Source: a virus
Lineage: Duplodnaviria; Caudoviricetes
Strand: one strand, 5' to 3'
Length of the DNA: 45,665 nucleotides
IMG/VR virus record: IMGVR_UViG_3300014201_000003
Span: 1 to 45,665 of that record
Shown here: positions 45,543 through 45,665 of the stretch, one piece after another
Numbering within the stretch: the first letter of the stretch is position 1
Layout: every line of letters starts with the position of its first letter
Translations under genes and position numbers: made by a program
Notes under the pieces: generated by a model
What the model was told of the DNA's origin: nothing
Database searches by the model: none
Seen by the model: only the letters and a program-made list of their open reading frames with translations

Positions 45543-45665
45543 AAGTTTTTTCCTGGTAAGTTACTGATTCGAAAGCCTTTGCGGGCTACCTATACGTATA
45601 CCATGTTTGATTGGTTTCCGCAACAACTTTAAGTGCTTTAGAATCAGTTGGTTACAGTTGGTATG
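45543..45665. repeat. Terminal direct repeat, right copy (123 bp)
   Basis: Identical to bases 1-123. Confidence 0.95.

Noticed and set aside
1-45665. Stop-codon reassignment, tRNA genes, diversity-generating retroelement, integrase
   Set aside because: Genes tile densely under the standard code with TAA, TAG and TGA all used as stops. I saw no cloverleaf, reverse transcriptase or recombinase motifs by eye; tRNAscan and HMM searches would be needed to exclude them firmly.

Overview
The window looks like a complete ~45.5 kb podovirus-like dsDNA phage genome. Bases 1-123 are repeated exactly at 45543-45665, indicating either a circular assembly overlap or a terminal repeat. The + strand (2.6-31.8 kb) carries packaging and virion genes: TerS-like, TerL, portal, scaffold, major capsid, two paralogous adaptors, a gp10/tubular-B-like tail protein, fibre-like proteins and ejection proteins. 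The - strand (31.8-45.5 kb) carries replication and recombination genes: DUF3987-like NTPase, UDG-PolA fusion, ParB-methyltransferase fusion, SSB, Sak4-like ATPase, Cas4-like nuclease, SleB-like hydrolase and SNF2 helicase. I found no integrase, repressor, tRNA or CRISPR array. The most unusual items are: (1) an apparently intact deoxyhypusine-synthase-family gene in the packaging module, directly behind an uncalled 51-aa Lys/Pro-rich ORF; (2) an ADP-ribosyltransferase-like domain inside the giant ejection protein; (3) six 25-bp IHF-like boxes, two at identical spacing to sigma70-like promoters, plus a 13-8-13 inverted repeat; (4) a gene cassette bounded by a 23-bp RBS/stop/start direct repeat; (5) a pure (GAA)19 tract in a very acidic small protein. 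All family calls come from motif recognition by eye; no database search was run.
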